A stretch of 64,000 nucleotides of DNA from Magallana gigas. Taxonomy: Eukaryota. Position numbers and translations under genes: made by a program. The notes beneath the pieces were generated by a model. That model was given only the letters and a program-made list of their open reading frames with translations, was not told the origin of the DNA and made no database searches. How positions within the stretch are numbered: the stretch's first letter is position 1; each line of letters opens with the position of its first letter. The DNA is taken from positions 15,190,001-15,254,000 of the forward strand of contig NC_088862.1 of the NCBI RefSeq assembly GCF_963853765.1, written 5' to 3'. Shown here in pieces: positions 48,531 to 61,821 of this stretch.

Positions 48531-50033
48531 TTAGTTGAATGTGGCCGATTGAATGATCTTAACATTATTTGTGTTGTGTCATAACAATACAAACCACCTG
48601 TTTAAAGCCAGAACTCACATTTACTCTCGATGTCAAAGTCGTAATACAATCATCCCCGCCTAGACTTCAGGGGCGAATTTTGATATGAGGCGAAATAACG
48701 CGATACCCTTTTTATGACGTTTGTTTTGTATAAAAAAGAAACAAAAAAAAAAAAAAAAAAAAAAAAACTACAATTTTTTTCATTTAAATATGGCTTAATT
48801 GACTAGGAAATCTACCACAATGTCTGTTATTATACACATACTTAGCATAACCATCGTTTAAAAGCGTATACAAAAAATTATATAAAATCGGACCATGCAG
48901 CTTTAAAAAAGGTGTGGTTCTGTTTTCCTATTTTTGTATGCGTAATTTGCAGACTAAACAATAAGTAAAACTCATATTTATTTCCTTTTTTATTATGACA
49001 ACTGTTTTAGTCAGTTTTGGGCAAAAACAAAAAATGTTAATATATGTTTACATTTTGACCCTCAAATGTACAAGATGGCCGAACATCCCTCTATATGATG
49101 ATAATAATATTATTTCCAACAGAAGACAGCAACATTTGACGGAAATTCATACCAACAAAACACATACATGTATGTAAACAATAACAAGACTCGAATTGTA
49201 TTTACAAAACAAAGAAAAAAAACTCTGTATCGTGCTTCTAACTCAATATATGACTTTTAAATTTTGGCAAGACAATAAAAATATCCAATTAAACCATTCT
49301 GAACATAAAGAAAAAGGAAAAATGAAATTTAAAGTGTTTATTCTAAGTCAATTTAAAGAATATTATGATATGCTCATCTATATAATTACTTATTTAAAAA
49401 TGCTCTTTCAAGATTCATGATTTTTTATCGTTGATATGTTATGGCCTAGTATAAAAAGATACCTATATACTTTATTAATTATTTATTTCAAGTTCTGCTT
49501 ATTGAGAGAAGAAAAGGGGTAATAAATGTCTGATTTCTGCAGCATCAACTTGTGTCTGTACTTTCAGTACTTTGATTTAATGGGTTGCTCTGTAGCTCAC
49601 GGGCTGTACATCCGATTAATTTCAGACGGGGAGCTACATACCTGCCGCTATGTTTATTGTTGACATTTATGACATTTATAAAATACAATAGAAATATAAT
49701 CAATTTGCATGTACGATGACCATTGTACTTATGCACTAGCAAATACATGTATATGTAGTATGCTTGTAAAATACCAGCATAAAATAACATATAACGTAGA
49801 CAGTGAACAATGTTTACATTTAATTTGGTGCTTTACTGGCATAGAACAAGTGTCTGAACATGGATTAATATCAAAAGTACGCACAAAACACACATCTCGT
49901 AGCCATTACACTCAGACTTTAATTAAATGGCCACATGAGGTCTTTTGAATGACTGAAAATGCATGAACACCTCTGAGTCGAATGCAGAGGACCATGAAAT
50001 TCACGTGAATCTGTTTTCACTGAGATATTAGAT

Positions 50034-50178
50034 CTGGCTCCACCGTCACCAAAATTTTCAAATTCCTCAACTCATTCCTCAACTCAAATCCTTCAAAGAA
50101 AAGTGCATACATTTGAGGTCAAACCTCAGATTTGAGGCTGAGTATTGACTTGAGGAAAGTTGGTGACGGCGGGGCCAG
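50034..50178. mobile_element. 145-bp MITE
   Basis: TIR CTGGCTCCACCGTCACCAA / TTGGTGACGGCGGGGCCAG. Absent at the paralogous site ~22590-22605. Confidence 0.75.
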
Positions 50179-51911
50179 GTAGTACGGATTTTGTCACATT
50201 TGGACTTATACAGTGCAGGTGGTGAAACCAAATATTAACCATTGTAAAATGAGTGTTTGTAAATATCAGCATGGAATTAAAAGATGATGATGTAAATATT
50301 TTAACGTGTGCAAAAGGCTTGAAAAAATTAATAATGCCTTTCCAAAAGCAATTAGAAAAACTAACATTTTCTAAGCGCAGTATTTTTGTAGTAACCCATG
50401 ATGCATTAGAACTCAGGAATGTAATTCAGCGATTGGTCAGTTTGTTGAGTACGTCAGTGCTACATTTAGTATGTAAATTCATTCCGACGTCACAGAAAAT
50501 AGTTTCCTCGACCTGTTTAAAATTGATCTATTTTTCGCCTACAAGGCCAACCAGTTATTGTATGTAAATTGGAAATAATCAAAATTTTGAGCAGCGTTTG
50601 TACATGCACGGCGTCCTTCTACGCGTAATTTGTTGCGAAAAGATATTCCACCGCTAATGCTTCTTTGTCATTGTAAATGGACAAACTTAAAAACTTCAAG
50701 TCAATTGGTTAGATATGACATGTAATGATAACGAACGGTGGTGTTCAAATTCAAAATCCCAAAGGAAAAATACAGAACAGGAGCAGAGCATACACGGACC
50801 GCTAAAAAAAATAGAGGTAGGATCAGGTACCATGTAGACGTAATCATCCTCTGCTGACCGTAATCAAGTTTCTCTTTAAATCTACTTACTATTTTGGAGA
50901 TTTGTTAATCTTTTGATGGATTAACAACTCCTGGCCAAGTTCGTGGGGATTATTCTCATAAACGGTACGTTTATAGAAAAAACTTGTGTACTGAAAGTGG
51001 TTGGATTTGATGTTTATGCAATCGGATCTGTCTTAGAAATTACCAATTAATGAATTTCAAATTTTTGCGCTGTAAATATTCTCTATGTTTAGTTTATAAC
51101 CCAAAATGATATCCTGTTTAGGTGATTTGTCTCAACCTGCTATTTTAAAGTAAAAGTAAGCTTTTCATATCAAATACTTCATATTTTGTTGGATTTATAC
51201 CTTGTCGAAGAAGGAAACAAACGTTTTATAGCAAATAGGAAGTTAGAAGGATATCCAAAGTTAAAGGCTGAAGTGGACAGGAGATTAAGTTCATTCCATT
51301 CTAATCAAAACAAACAGCCAAAATTTCGGGTAAATTTTCTCGAATTATTAGAGTAGATCGTCCATAAGTATCTGAAAATCTTGTCACCATTTTTCACCAA
51401 GATTTCGTTTCTTGCTAATAACTGCAAATATGTAACTTTGTAACTCTTACAAAAACTTGGATTGTCTTATCATCCACGTATCATATGTCAACCCCAATTT
51501 TCCCCAATCTGAAAAAAACGAATTCTGGATCCGCTCCTTCTTTTTCTATTGCCGCTTTACGAGTTTCAGCTAAAACCCGGGTACGAACTCAGACATGAAC
51601 AAGCATGGAATCGACTAATCGACTAAACTGACGTAATTTGAACATTGACATGTACCAAAGTTTAACTTTAAGGTAGGATTCGTACCGATAAGGCGATCTA
51701 AGTTTCAGAACTTGTGCAAGGTCTCAATCGATAATAGTACAATAAATATATATTCACGACAATGAAACACCATTATTATAAAAAGAGATACTATGCACAT
51801 TATACCATGCACACCATTTATCCAGACGCGTGGACATCCAGACAAAAAAGGAATCCTTTATTGTTTTTGCTAATTAAAAGCGAGTTAAATAGTTTATAAT
51901 TATATCGTTAA

Positions 51912-52373
51912 AGGGGCATAGTCACGATTTTAGTCAAAATGTTATTTTTCTATTGTTATAATTTTCAATGCTTTATGAATGCATTTCTAATGATCAAATG
52001 AGATTTGGATGCAAGAGGTTGACTTTTTCGTCATGTAAACAAGGCTTGTGCTCTGTTTTTGCTTACATATGTTTAATGTAACAGTAAAAATCTTTTTAAT
52101 CTGATTTGTCTATCCTTTTTTTCATTTAAAGCATGAATAAACAGTTTCTAACGATTAACACATTCATTTTGTGTTTGAAAATAGAATTTGCACTTCAACA
52201 TTCAAAATGTAAACAAAAGCTTTGTTTACATGGCGAAGAATTGTAAGCTTTGTTACTCGCTTATAACTCAACAAATATTTCAAATATTGGTTGCCTTTTT
52301 CAATCTGAAGCATTACTAAAGCATTGTAAACATTTAAATCAATTTTTTTTACCAAAATCGTGACCATGCCCCT
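51912..52373. mobile_element. 462-bp Kolobok-like MITE
   Basis: 28-bp TIR AGGGGCATAGTCACGATTTTAGTCAAAA with 3 mismatches. Flanked by TTAA (left) and TTAT (right). RR terminus plus TTAA target fits Kolobok rather than piggyBac. Confidence 0.75.
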
Positions 52374-54029
52374 TTATTAAACGATTATGAGAAATCCGTA
52401 AATTCTTGGTTAATAGTTTACTCTGTAGGTTAAAATACCATTCAAATTTGAAGAAGCAGATCTTATATTCTGATAATAAAATATCTAACTTATTTATTGT
52501 GGAACAAAATGAAACAATTTATATAAAGTGAAAAAAAAATATCCCAATTTAAAAAAGTAACCAGGTTTCTCGCACACTTACTTAAAAAAAAAACCACATT
52601 ATCTTTGGTAAAAAAACCATTTAAATGATAAAAAGTATTCATAAGACATTTAAAACCTGGACTATGTATGTAATCGATGCAAGTTTCTTTACCAAATTCT
52701 ACTCAAACCATTTCAAGCTTTAAAGCATATAAAACTTAAATGATACTTTTTATTTTGATGCTATGTTGGAATTTTGTTTATTCAACAAATCTAGAGGGAA
52801 AAAAAGCATCTAGTTGTTGAACAATGAGTTTTGACAAACATTATTTCTTTATGTCTACCATAATGATCACTTTAAAATCTGGTATATCCCATATTATTAT
52901 TGACACTGATTAAAATAGACTTGGTTGTTAATATACATGTACACGTAGTTCTTTTGAAAATGAAATAAATTGGTTTTTGGTACATCATCATTCTATCATT
53001 CTATCCTTCGAAAAAAAAATCAAATTAGCCCTGAAACTTCTCGGCTGTATAAAATTTAAATTCAACAACATGAAACATGTAAGTAATCATTTAAAAATAA
53101 TTTTAGTGGAGCGGATCCAAGATTTGCATTGTGGCAATGCCATCCTTATAGAAATTCTTAGATGTTGAATCATGACAAAATATATTGCAATATATGTACA
53201 TGTGTATATAAAAGCAAGTGGTTTGTCGAACGCGGGTTTTGACAAACAGCATTTCAATAGACAACCATGTTGACTCAGTTTGAAAGTATTATGAAAGACT
53301 TGGTTGATAATATGTATGCACATGTAGCTGGTTTACGAATCAAATTGCAGCTCATTATGATATGTACATATTTAGAAACACGGGATCATCGCAATACACG
53401 GATGTGCATTATTTGAAACACGGGTAGGAAAGCGAACACCAGATTTCCATAGATTCTGTAAAAAATAAATTATGAAAAATTGTTGATTACCCGGTATTTT
53501 AATGAGAAATAAATCACAACGAATACTTAAATCATAATCCATTAGAAACAACATTTTTGACACATTTATACTCTAAGTCTATGCCATGTCTTTTATAAAT
53601 CTTTCAAATGGAAATATGATCTGACTGAGTTTGCGCGACTAAGGATGAAATTAAATTAAAAAAAACAAACTAAGGCACCTCTCTGACGTCGATCTTAAAT
53701 CCGGATTCTGCAAATCTTTATCCATGTATTCTGTCTTTCGACGACTCTTTCTTATCAAGTCATAGCATGTTTGATCTAAAATTTATATGCATATTGTATC
53801 AAAAAACTTCTTTTACATCAACTTTTGAATTAACATATTGAAAGCGATTGTAAATGTAAAAATCTGCAAAATGGTCTGAGGTTTATCTTTTAAACACTGT
53901 CTAATCAACATATTTCTATTTTTTTGTCCAAAGTGTTAATGAATTATAGTATGAATTTTGGTTTTGTTAATGCTTAAATATTTATCACAGTTTAACGACA
54001 AAGTCCTCTTTTTTACTTTAAAAACTTAC

Positions 54030-56571
54030 ATTTGTAAGCTTCAGCGGAGTTGTAGATTGGAGGGCATGGCGGATCGTGCGTTGTACATTCTGCATTATAA
54101 TTTTCTCGTATCACTCTTCCCTTGACATTGTACTCAGTACAATAACCTAAAATTAATTTTTTTAATAAATCAGGTCAATTTTATACAGTATTTATAATAT
54201 TAATGATAATAATATAAATAATAATTACAATTATAAAATGAGAGTAATTTTTAAGTTAAAGGTATATGTGGCGTATTTGGAGTAAAATGTTTGACATGAG
54301 TATGAGTGAAAATATGCATCATGTTTCTTATAATTAGTCGATTTACCAACTCTAGGTCGTAAAACATGTTCTATCTTTAGTTATTTGTCTGTATACTTTA
54401 CTACACGTCTGATAAATATTAACGTGATCCGCCATTTGTAACGCAACTGCGCATGAGAGCGGGAAAACCTAGTATTGAAAACACGATGGAAGAACAGTTT
54501 ATTTACAAACTAGAATCACGTTTTTCATGTCTTAGATTAGAAATTTCTTATATCAGATGATACCAGTAGCATTATTATTCCGTTATTTATTAATGTTGAA
54601 TGAGATAAATTGCTAATTATGTGTAATAAAGATGAAACACTATTTTAGCATTAACGACACGGTAAAATGAGTGAATACCCCTCTCCCTGAGGGATGCATG
54701 TACTGAGAGTGTTTGTTTATTCTTTATTCAAAAATTTCTCTAAACGAAAATCCACTTGTGGTTTGTAGCTTATAAACAGATAAAGTAAAGACATGGAAAA
54801 CATGGAGCACGTACGAACCTAACTAGCAAACCCCTACAACTTCATGATAAAAACTTAAGTTTAATTCGGCTTTAATTCCTATTCCATTTTTCTACATGGT
54901 CTCCGATGACAATCTTCCCTTTGTTCCTATCCTTGTCACTCTGCCCTTCTTTTCTTTCTTTGCCAAATCTGTCAAACTTAACGGTATACCTATCTTCCTC
55001 GTCGCCATTGTTGTTGTGATAGACTGAGCGTGGTATCACGTGACTGATTAAAGGCGGGGTTTATTCAAATGCTGGATTAATTGTGGACTCCACAATAATT
55101 ATAAAACATATTTATTAATTTAAATATCTTTTTAACCACATTGATATAAACTGCGTAATGTATTGTGAAGATCTATCTTTATATAACATATTCGAATAAA
55201 AAAATCAATCAAATATTTCTTACCATGAACAAATACGCCATATATACCTTTAAGAAACTATTTTTAAACCGTGTTGTTTCAACTTGAATATATTTTTGAA
55301 ACTTATGACGATATTGCTCGGAGAAATGAGAGGGCTGTTGACTTTGAAAGAATTTTAAGTAACACTAAATGAAGTTAAAAGTTCCAAGACATCTTACTCA
55401 AGTTTTATGATTTGTTCATAAATAAAATAAAAATTGTATTGTTTTTAGAACTTTATATATTATAATTCCTGAACTCTTTAAGAAGGTGAATTTTGCCCTT
55501 TTCCTGCAAAGCGCGTCTTACTAATTATGAAATCCATATTAAAAGCCCTATTAGTTTATATTAAACCAGAAAAGTTATGTGGTTATGTTGAACAAGTACT
55601 TCACCGTTGAAAGTTAAGTGATTGTGTTTTGTTTTTATGTACAGTGTACTGCAAATAAGTTATATTAAATAAACCGCTTATTTATTCATACCAAATATGG
55701 TTTGATTAGGCGCGTACACTTCGAAAGAAGCATTCATCCATGCATTGATCACGCAATGATATTGAAAAAAATGACGTCCTTCGCTTGTTGAGGTCTGTAA
55801 GCAATTGTGCTTAATGGATCCACAATGCATACTTTTGGCCGCCTTTTCCCACGATTTTGAGTCTACTGGACACTGCTGAACGTGTTGTACTGTCATGGCC
55901 GACTCTTTACAAGAAGTGAATGCTTGCACCTTTTGGTAAACAAGATATCGAAATAAAAAAACTAAATTATATGTTTTCAATTTATAACAATCAAATCATA
56001 TTCCTTTTCTTAACAAAAACATAGAAGTATTATATTTCAATCGTAAATAACTTCCCCACGAGAATATACTTTAAGGTTAAATTTTGACAAACTTTTGAAT
56101 TTTTAACACTTTAGATTTATTAATTATGAACTAACAATTTAAGTATGTAAACTTTTTAACAACAATTCGTGCACTACATATAAGGCATAAAAGTCCAAAA
56201 AACTTTATCTGAATGATATGTACGATTCAAATTTTATTTGACATAACTAAACTTATGTGATATAACAAAATGTAATATGTCATCTTCAAAAAATCTTTTG
56301 ATGTAATGAATTTGATATGAACTGAGTTAACGTTGAAAACCTGAATGATAATTGCTTTAAAATGTAAATCAAAGGGAAAAAAGGGGTGTGATGTTATAAA
56401 AAGTTTAGAGAGCCTGTCCCTATCCCTGTTTGTAATATTTTTGCCTTAAATGAGAAATGATTATGTAACAATAAGCCTCAACAAATTAAAGTTAAAAACT
56501 GACGTTTAGACATTTACCTCAGCATTCCTGTAGTTGTTTATCAGAATAAGTAGTATCACAATCGCTGCCAT
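54030..56571 (-). CDS. Unnamed secreted Cys-rich protein, paralogue 2 (first three coding exons; 3' end not located)
   Basis: Exons 56571-56518 (MAAIVILLILINNYRNAE), 55929-55692 (VQAFTSCKES...YHCVINAWMNASFEVYAPNQTIF) and 54146-54030 (GYCTEYNVKGRVIRENYNAECTTHDPPCPPIYNSAEAYK). GT-AG, same sizes and phases as paralogue 1. Confidence 0.8.
54260..55249. mobile_element. 990-bp Kolobok-like deletion derivative in intron 2 of Cys-rich paralogue 2
   Basis: Perfect TTAA TSD (54256-59, 55250-53). 20-bp TIR AGGTATAT(G/A)TGGCGTATTTG. Frameshifted minus-strand remnant from ATG 55008: MATRKIG...KIVIGDHVEKWNR. Confidence 0.85.
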
Positions 56572-57752
56572 GCCTTCAATCACTTTACTGGTGCAATAAA
56601 AGGGTTAACACAGCTAAAAGAAGAAAATGAAAATATTGTTCACGCATTGTTTTGAAACAGAAATATCAGATTTATAGTTAAGTTGCTCAAAAACTTGATG
56701 TTGGTAGTTTACGCACTTACTTAACCATAAAGCGTTAACTTTTTTTACCCATTAATTTGTTAAATCAACATTTTCAACAAAAATAAGATATGTAATGCAC
56801 GCATAAAACAGCTTTTTAGCAGGTTCCCCTCCCACTTTTTCGGAATTATAAGATATATTCCATAACTAACATACAAGTACTGTGTAGATGAATAAATTTT
56901 GAATAAACTGTTTCTATACCCACCTTATTTCTTCACAGCGATGAAAATTATAGTGTCATTGAACATATAAATCAACTTTATATACCCGACCTTTGTCTTA
57001 AAAAGTCACAAATTTTTACATTGACATGCAATTTTCGATCATAAACTGCATTTGAGACGCACAATTAAAAAGCAATACTCCATTATAAGAATGCTATTGA
57101 TGTGAAAGACATTAGAAAGAAAGATGCTGTTAGTTTTGATTTGACGATTTTTTTTTGTAGTAGTGCCCCTGAAATTATTCATTTTGTGTATTTAATGGCT
57201 ATTTTGCCCCTCATAATCGTCTTCCTTGGAAGACGGTATAAAGAGTTGAAATGATTAACGGTCTCCGGGTTGTGCACTTCCTCTCCTTTGTGATTGGTAA
57301 AAAATACATGATGTAAAAGTTTACATTTATTTCATTGGTTAAAACACTGTTCGGCAAAAATATGAAGTTGATCGGAAAACATTGCTTCTACCACATATTG
57401 CATGGTTTTCTCGTTGACATGCTCTTAGGTACGATCTTTTTAACGACGTGAAAATGATTACCGCAAGCTCTTATATTATCGGTTGTAATGTTAAGTGATG
57501 TTAAGTCTAATTTGAACGATTTGCCTTTTTAGACGTAAAAATATTCAATAAACATCAAACTGATATTACAAAAATCACGGAAATATCGACTTGGTAAGTA
57601 TGTGATCAAATTTTCTTGACTAACAATGTTTATTTCCCAGTGAACTTTTTAACTGTTTATATCTTAATATAATAATTCTTGTACTGAATCATTCGTCTGT
57701 CACTTTCAGGTTTAAGGCTGGAATTGGATTTGAGCAGTTAATTAACGCTATT

Positions 57753-58823
57753 TCAATAAATGCAAGCTTTCTGTTGATTTCTGAACAGAATAAATAATGG
57801 AGAACAGCTAAATGAAGTGAGTTGAGGGAGTCCATAATACCAATATGATAACCTCCATATGATATAATAAGTTATAAAATATACAAGAACCCCATCATAC
57901 ACGTCTCTCCAAAGTCTCTCAATGCGCTGATTGTGTGTGCTGTTTCCAGTAAGCATACTCCCATGACCTTTTTTTTGGACAACAAGTAGTCAGCCACAGA
58001 CATATTGTCCATACCTTATAATGCTCTAACCCGATTTGGTAAACCATTTTGTTCCACGCCTGACAAAAACACTGCAGTACTGTTTCAGCTGTATTATTGT
58101 CTGTACATCTTAAGAACATCACCAGTCTGCTAAAAGCATTTATTCCGCCAAAAATTATGAATTGCGAACGCACAAGTTTACGATTAGTGTCTATGTGCCA
58201 AAAATGGTTTGGGCCTGTTACATTATAAACACGTCTGTGCAGTCTGCCAGCTTGTCTCTCACAAACACCACGTTCATCCATTCGATGTATGCTTTCTCTT
58301 AGTCTCCACCTAGGGACCCTTATCCCTTTTAAAGTTATCATATGTCTTAAGAGATTTTCTCCACAGAGAGGGGAAATCTTTTAAAATTTCCCCGAGTTTT
58401 AAATCGAGGTCATTGTCGGATATTTCTGAAAAATTCATTTTACTAAGTCCATACTGTGCCATTCTTCTGTAAATCGTTCTTTTTGACACTGAGAGAAATG
58501 TTTGAAATGTAAGTATTTGTGCATCCTTTTTTAAGGAACATATCTAATACTGTTTTTGGAATATCATACATCGGAGGACCACACTGAGGCCATACCTTTT
58601 TTGACTTTTCAGTTTCATATTTCACACACTCGTTTCTTAATCTCATCATATTTCTTGTATTTGAGATCCCCAAAATTTGGAATTTGTGTGCAGATAATTT
58701 ACTTACAATACATGTGGTTATTTTTTCAGCCCTGAACCTGTCGTGAAACATATGTAAGTTAAAATTCTCCAATACCTTTCCTATCAACCCTGTGAAATCT
58801 GCCGCCATTTTGTTAAGGAACAT
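57753..58823 (-). mobile_element. Degenerate IS3/IS481-like (rve-type DDE) eukaryotic transposase, probably IS3EU-class
   Basis: Frameshifted pieces: EKIT..IVSKLS...LGI...MRLRNEC, IP...LD, SDNDLD, GIRVPRWRLRESIHRMD...HRRVYNVTGPNHFWHIDTNRKLVR..FIIFGGINAFSR...DNNTAETVL, and TGNSTHNQRIERLWRDV. Confidence 0.85.
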
Positions 58824-58859
58824 TTATAATAAGAGCGCATGTGTAAAATTTAAGTATAC

Positions 58860-59440
58860 CAGCATATAATAATGAACCCAGAGCATATAATAATTGAACC
58901 ACAGTATTTAATTATAAACCAACAGCATATAATTATGAACCTACAGCATATGATAAAGAAACCACAACATATAATAATGAATCCACAGCATATAATTATG
59001 AACCCACAGCATATAATAATGAAACCACAGCATATAATAATGAATCCACAGCATATAATAATGAAACCAAAGCATATGATAATGAAACCACAGCATATAA
59101 TAATAGACCCACAGCATATAATTATAGAACCACAGCATATAATAATAGACCCACAGCATATAATTATAGAACCGCAGCATATAACAATAGACCCACAGCA
59201 TATAATTATAGAACCACAGCATATAATAATAGACCAACAGCATATAATTATAGAACCACAGCATATAATAATAGACCCACAGGAAATAATTATAGAACCA
59301 AAGCATATAATTATAGAACCACAGCATATACTTATAGAACCACAGCATATAATAATAGACCAACAGCATATAATTATAGAACCACAGCATATAATTATAG
59401 AACCACAGCATAGAATAATAGACCCGCAGCATATAATAAA
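58860..59440. repeat. 21-bp minisatellite, 28 copies, no indels
   Basis: CAGCATATAAT(A/T)AT(GA/AG)A(A/C)CCA units start at 58860 + 21n through 59427. Confidence 0.97.
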
Positions 59441-59673
59441 ATTACCTAACATAAGGCAGCCATAGCGTTCCATAAACATAGACCAAGTTTTTTGCGTGGA
59501 CCCTGAGGTCCACGCAGAAAATATATAAGCGAGGTTAAACCGGATGCTATGGGGAAAATTCAGCCTGCGTATGAGCTAGCCTGGTTCCTGTGCGTAATGG
59601 TTAGCTCAGGGAACCAGGATAGCACACGTTTATCTGAATCGGGATCGGGATTCCGTGCCATATGCACACATAA

Positions 59674-61751
59674 GGACACAGACCACAATTATTTTTCCCT
59701 CTTATTCCTTTATACAAAAATAAATCATATAAAAAATTCCACCGGCTCAAATGAGTTCAAATACAGCATACCTATAGAATGACACTAGTCCAACAACATA
59801 TCCAAACTACAGGAAAATCAATCGAGAGGGGACTGAGATATGGCCCCTAAAATAACCCCTACCATGAAGAATTCACTTTCACTTTGGAATTTGTGTAAAC
59901 ATTGGCCTCTTTACACCCTTTCTATTGCGCCTGTAAAGATAATTTTTCTAAATTTTTTCCTGCCTGTATTTTTTTCAAACCTTCTTCTTTCCATCCATCC
60001 CATAAAAGGAACCAAATTCGACCATTTAGTACCCCTAGGAATTTTTGAAATAATACATACATTTTTAGAATGGAACTACTTGCGTGGTCAATGAGCACGG
60101 GGTAAAAATAGTGGTATGTGACCTAATAATTACACAATTCTTCTTTGATTTTGATGAAACTTGGTAGGTAGACACTTATACCCATAATACACCTCCCTGT
60201 GAAATTTGGCGGGAATTGTATATTCTGCATCAGAGTTATAGGCCTTTGAAATCTGGTCCAGGAAGGCTGAAATAACATGCAAAATCTAGCACGTTACACA
60301 CAATATTCAAATTTCAAGAGCTACATTTAACATTAATTACTTGTCAAAAGTTTCATTAATTTATTACGTTCATTAACCTAACATGTCTACATGATGATGC
60401 TAATGATGATTTAATTCTTTTACACCTGGAACTATTTTTTGGAATTTTTTGAAAAAAATACCCCAAATATGGCTAAATTTTTCAGAAAATGCCAAAAATG
60501 AAACATTTAATCACATGCTATGAGCTTGAAAAAATATTTTAAAAATTCTGCATTAAGTTTGCTATAGAAATCAGGTATTTTGATAAATATACAGTGGCTA
60601 ATCCGTTTACAATAAGCAGATAATCACATAGAACCATTCACACATTTTCAGGAAATGGCACTTGCTGACCAAAGTAGATTAACTCAGAGTAGACAGGGCT
60701 GATATGGATAGGCATAAAATGCCTTTTGAAACAAAACTAACAATTTAGAAGAATTTAGAATGAATTCTATTTGTCCATTCATTACATATACACTGAATAA
60801 ATTACTTAAATGTACCCTAATTCATAAGGAGCCTTGGTTCATGAAAACTGTACTCTTAAAACAAGGGGAGATAACTCTACACATTAAAATCCAAAGTAGG
60901 GATTTTTTACAAACATTAACGAGAAACTATTTTAGAAATTACAAGTCCATCACCTTCTTTCAGCATTATCTGGTGTGATTAATCTTGAGGAGATCATACC
61001 TTTTGTAGCGAGGATTCACCATTTTTTAAAGTCATGGGTTTCTACATACATTGTGCATTTAGAGGTGAAAATGTCTGGTATGTTACCATGAACAATGATG
61101 ACCAAGACTCAAATTAATGATGAGAGTGCCAAAAAGATATTACTACAGTATTACAAATAGTAAAGCTTCTAGCAGACATCATATATCTTGGGCAATCACT
61201 GTTCAATGCCAGCAACCAAACTCATACACATGCTACATTTGTTGGTGGTTACATTTCTAGGACACAAAGAGGGGAAAAACTGACATAATAAGACTTTAAA
61301 GCAGTAATCTAAATAAAAGTTTGCAAGGCATTGAAAATTTAGAATGCTAAAATGACTATTTCTAACCAGTAAAATGTATATGTCTCATATAAATATCTAT
61401 ACATGAAGGTTTACATATTCTAAAGTACTGAGGAAAAAGTTGTAATGCCTACTCACCATCAAATTTCAAGTGTTAAATTGTAAGAAAAATATGAATAAAT
61501 GAATAAAGTCAACTTACCATTTGTTGTTTTCTTCATTATTTCTCTGTCAAAATGGTGTTAACTGGGGGAGGGGGGGGGGCAGCAGGTGCCCCTTTACCAG
61601 CTTGTATATCCTGTCATGCAATCTGCTAGGCAGTGAAATATGTCATCATTCATAGGAATCATAAAGTAACATAAACCCTACTTTCCTCCTTATAATTTAA
61701 TCAAAAAATATTAAAGGAAATATATGTATACTTTTACATGTACTATGATTA

Positions 61752-61821
<70 letters not shown>

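Noticed and set aside
58850-59479. Three long ORFs (209, 197, 163 aa) as real Cys/Ile-rich proteins
   Set aside because: They follow from a stop-free 21-bp repeat (multiple of 3). There is no signal peptide, splice context or non-repeat coding flank.
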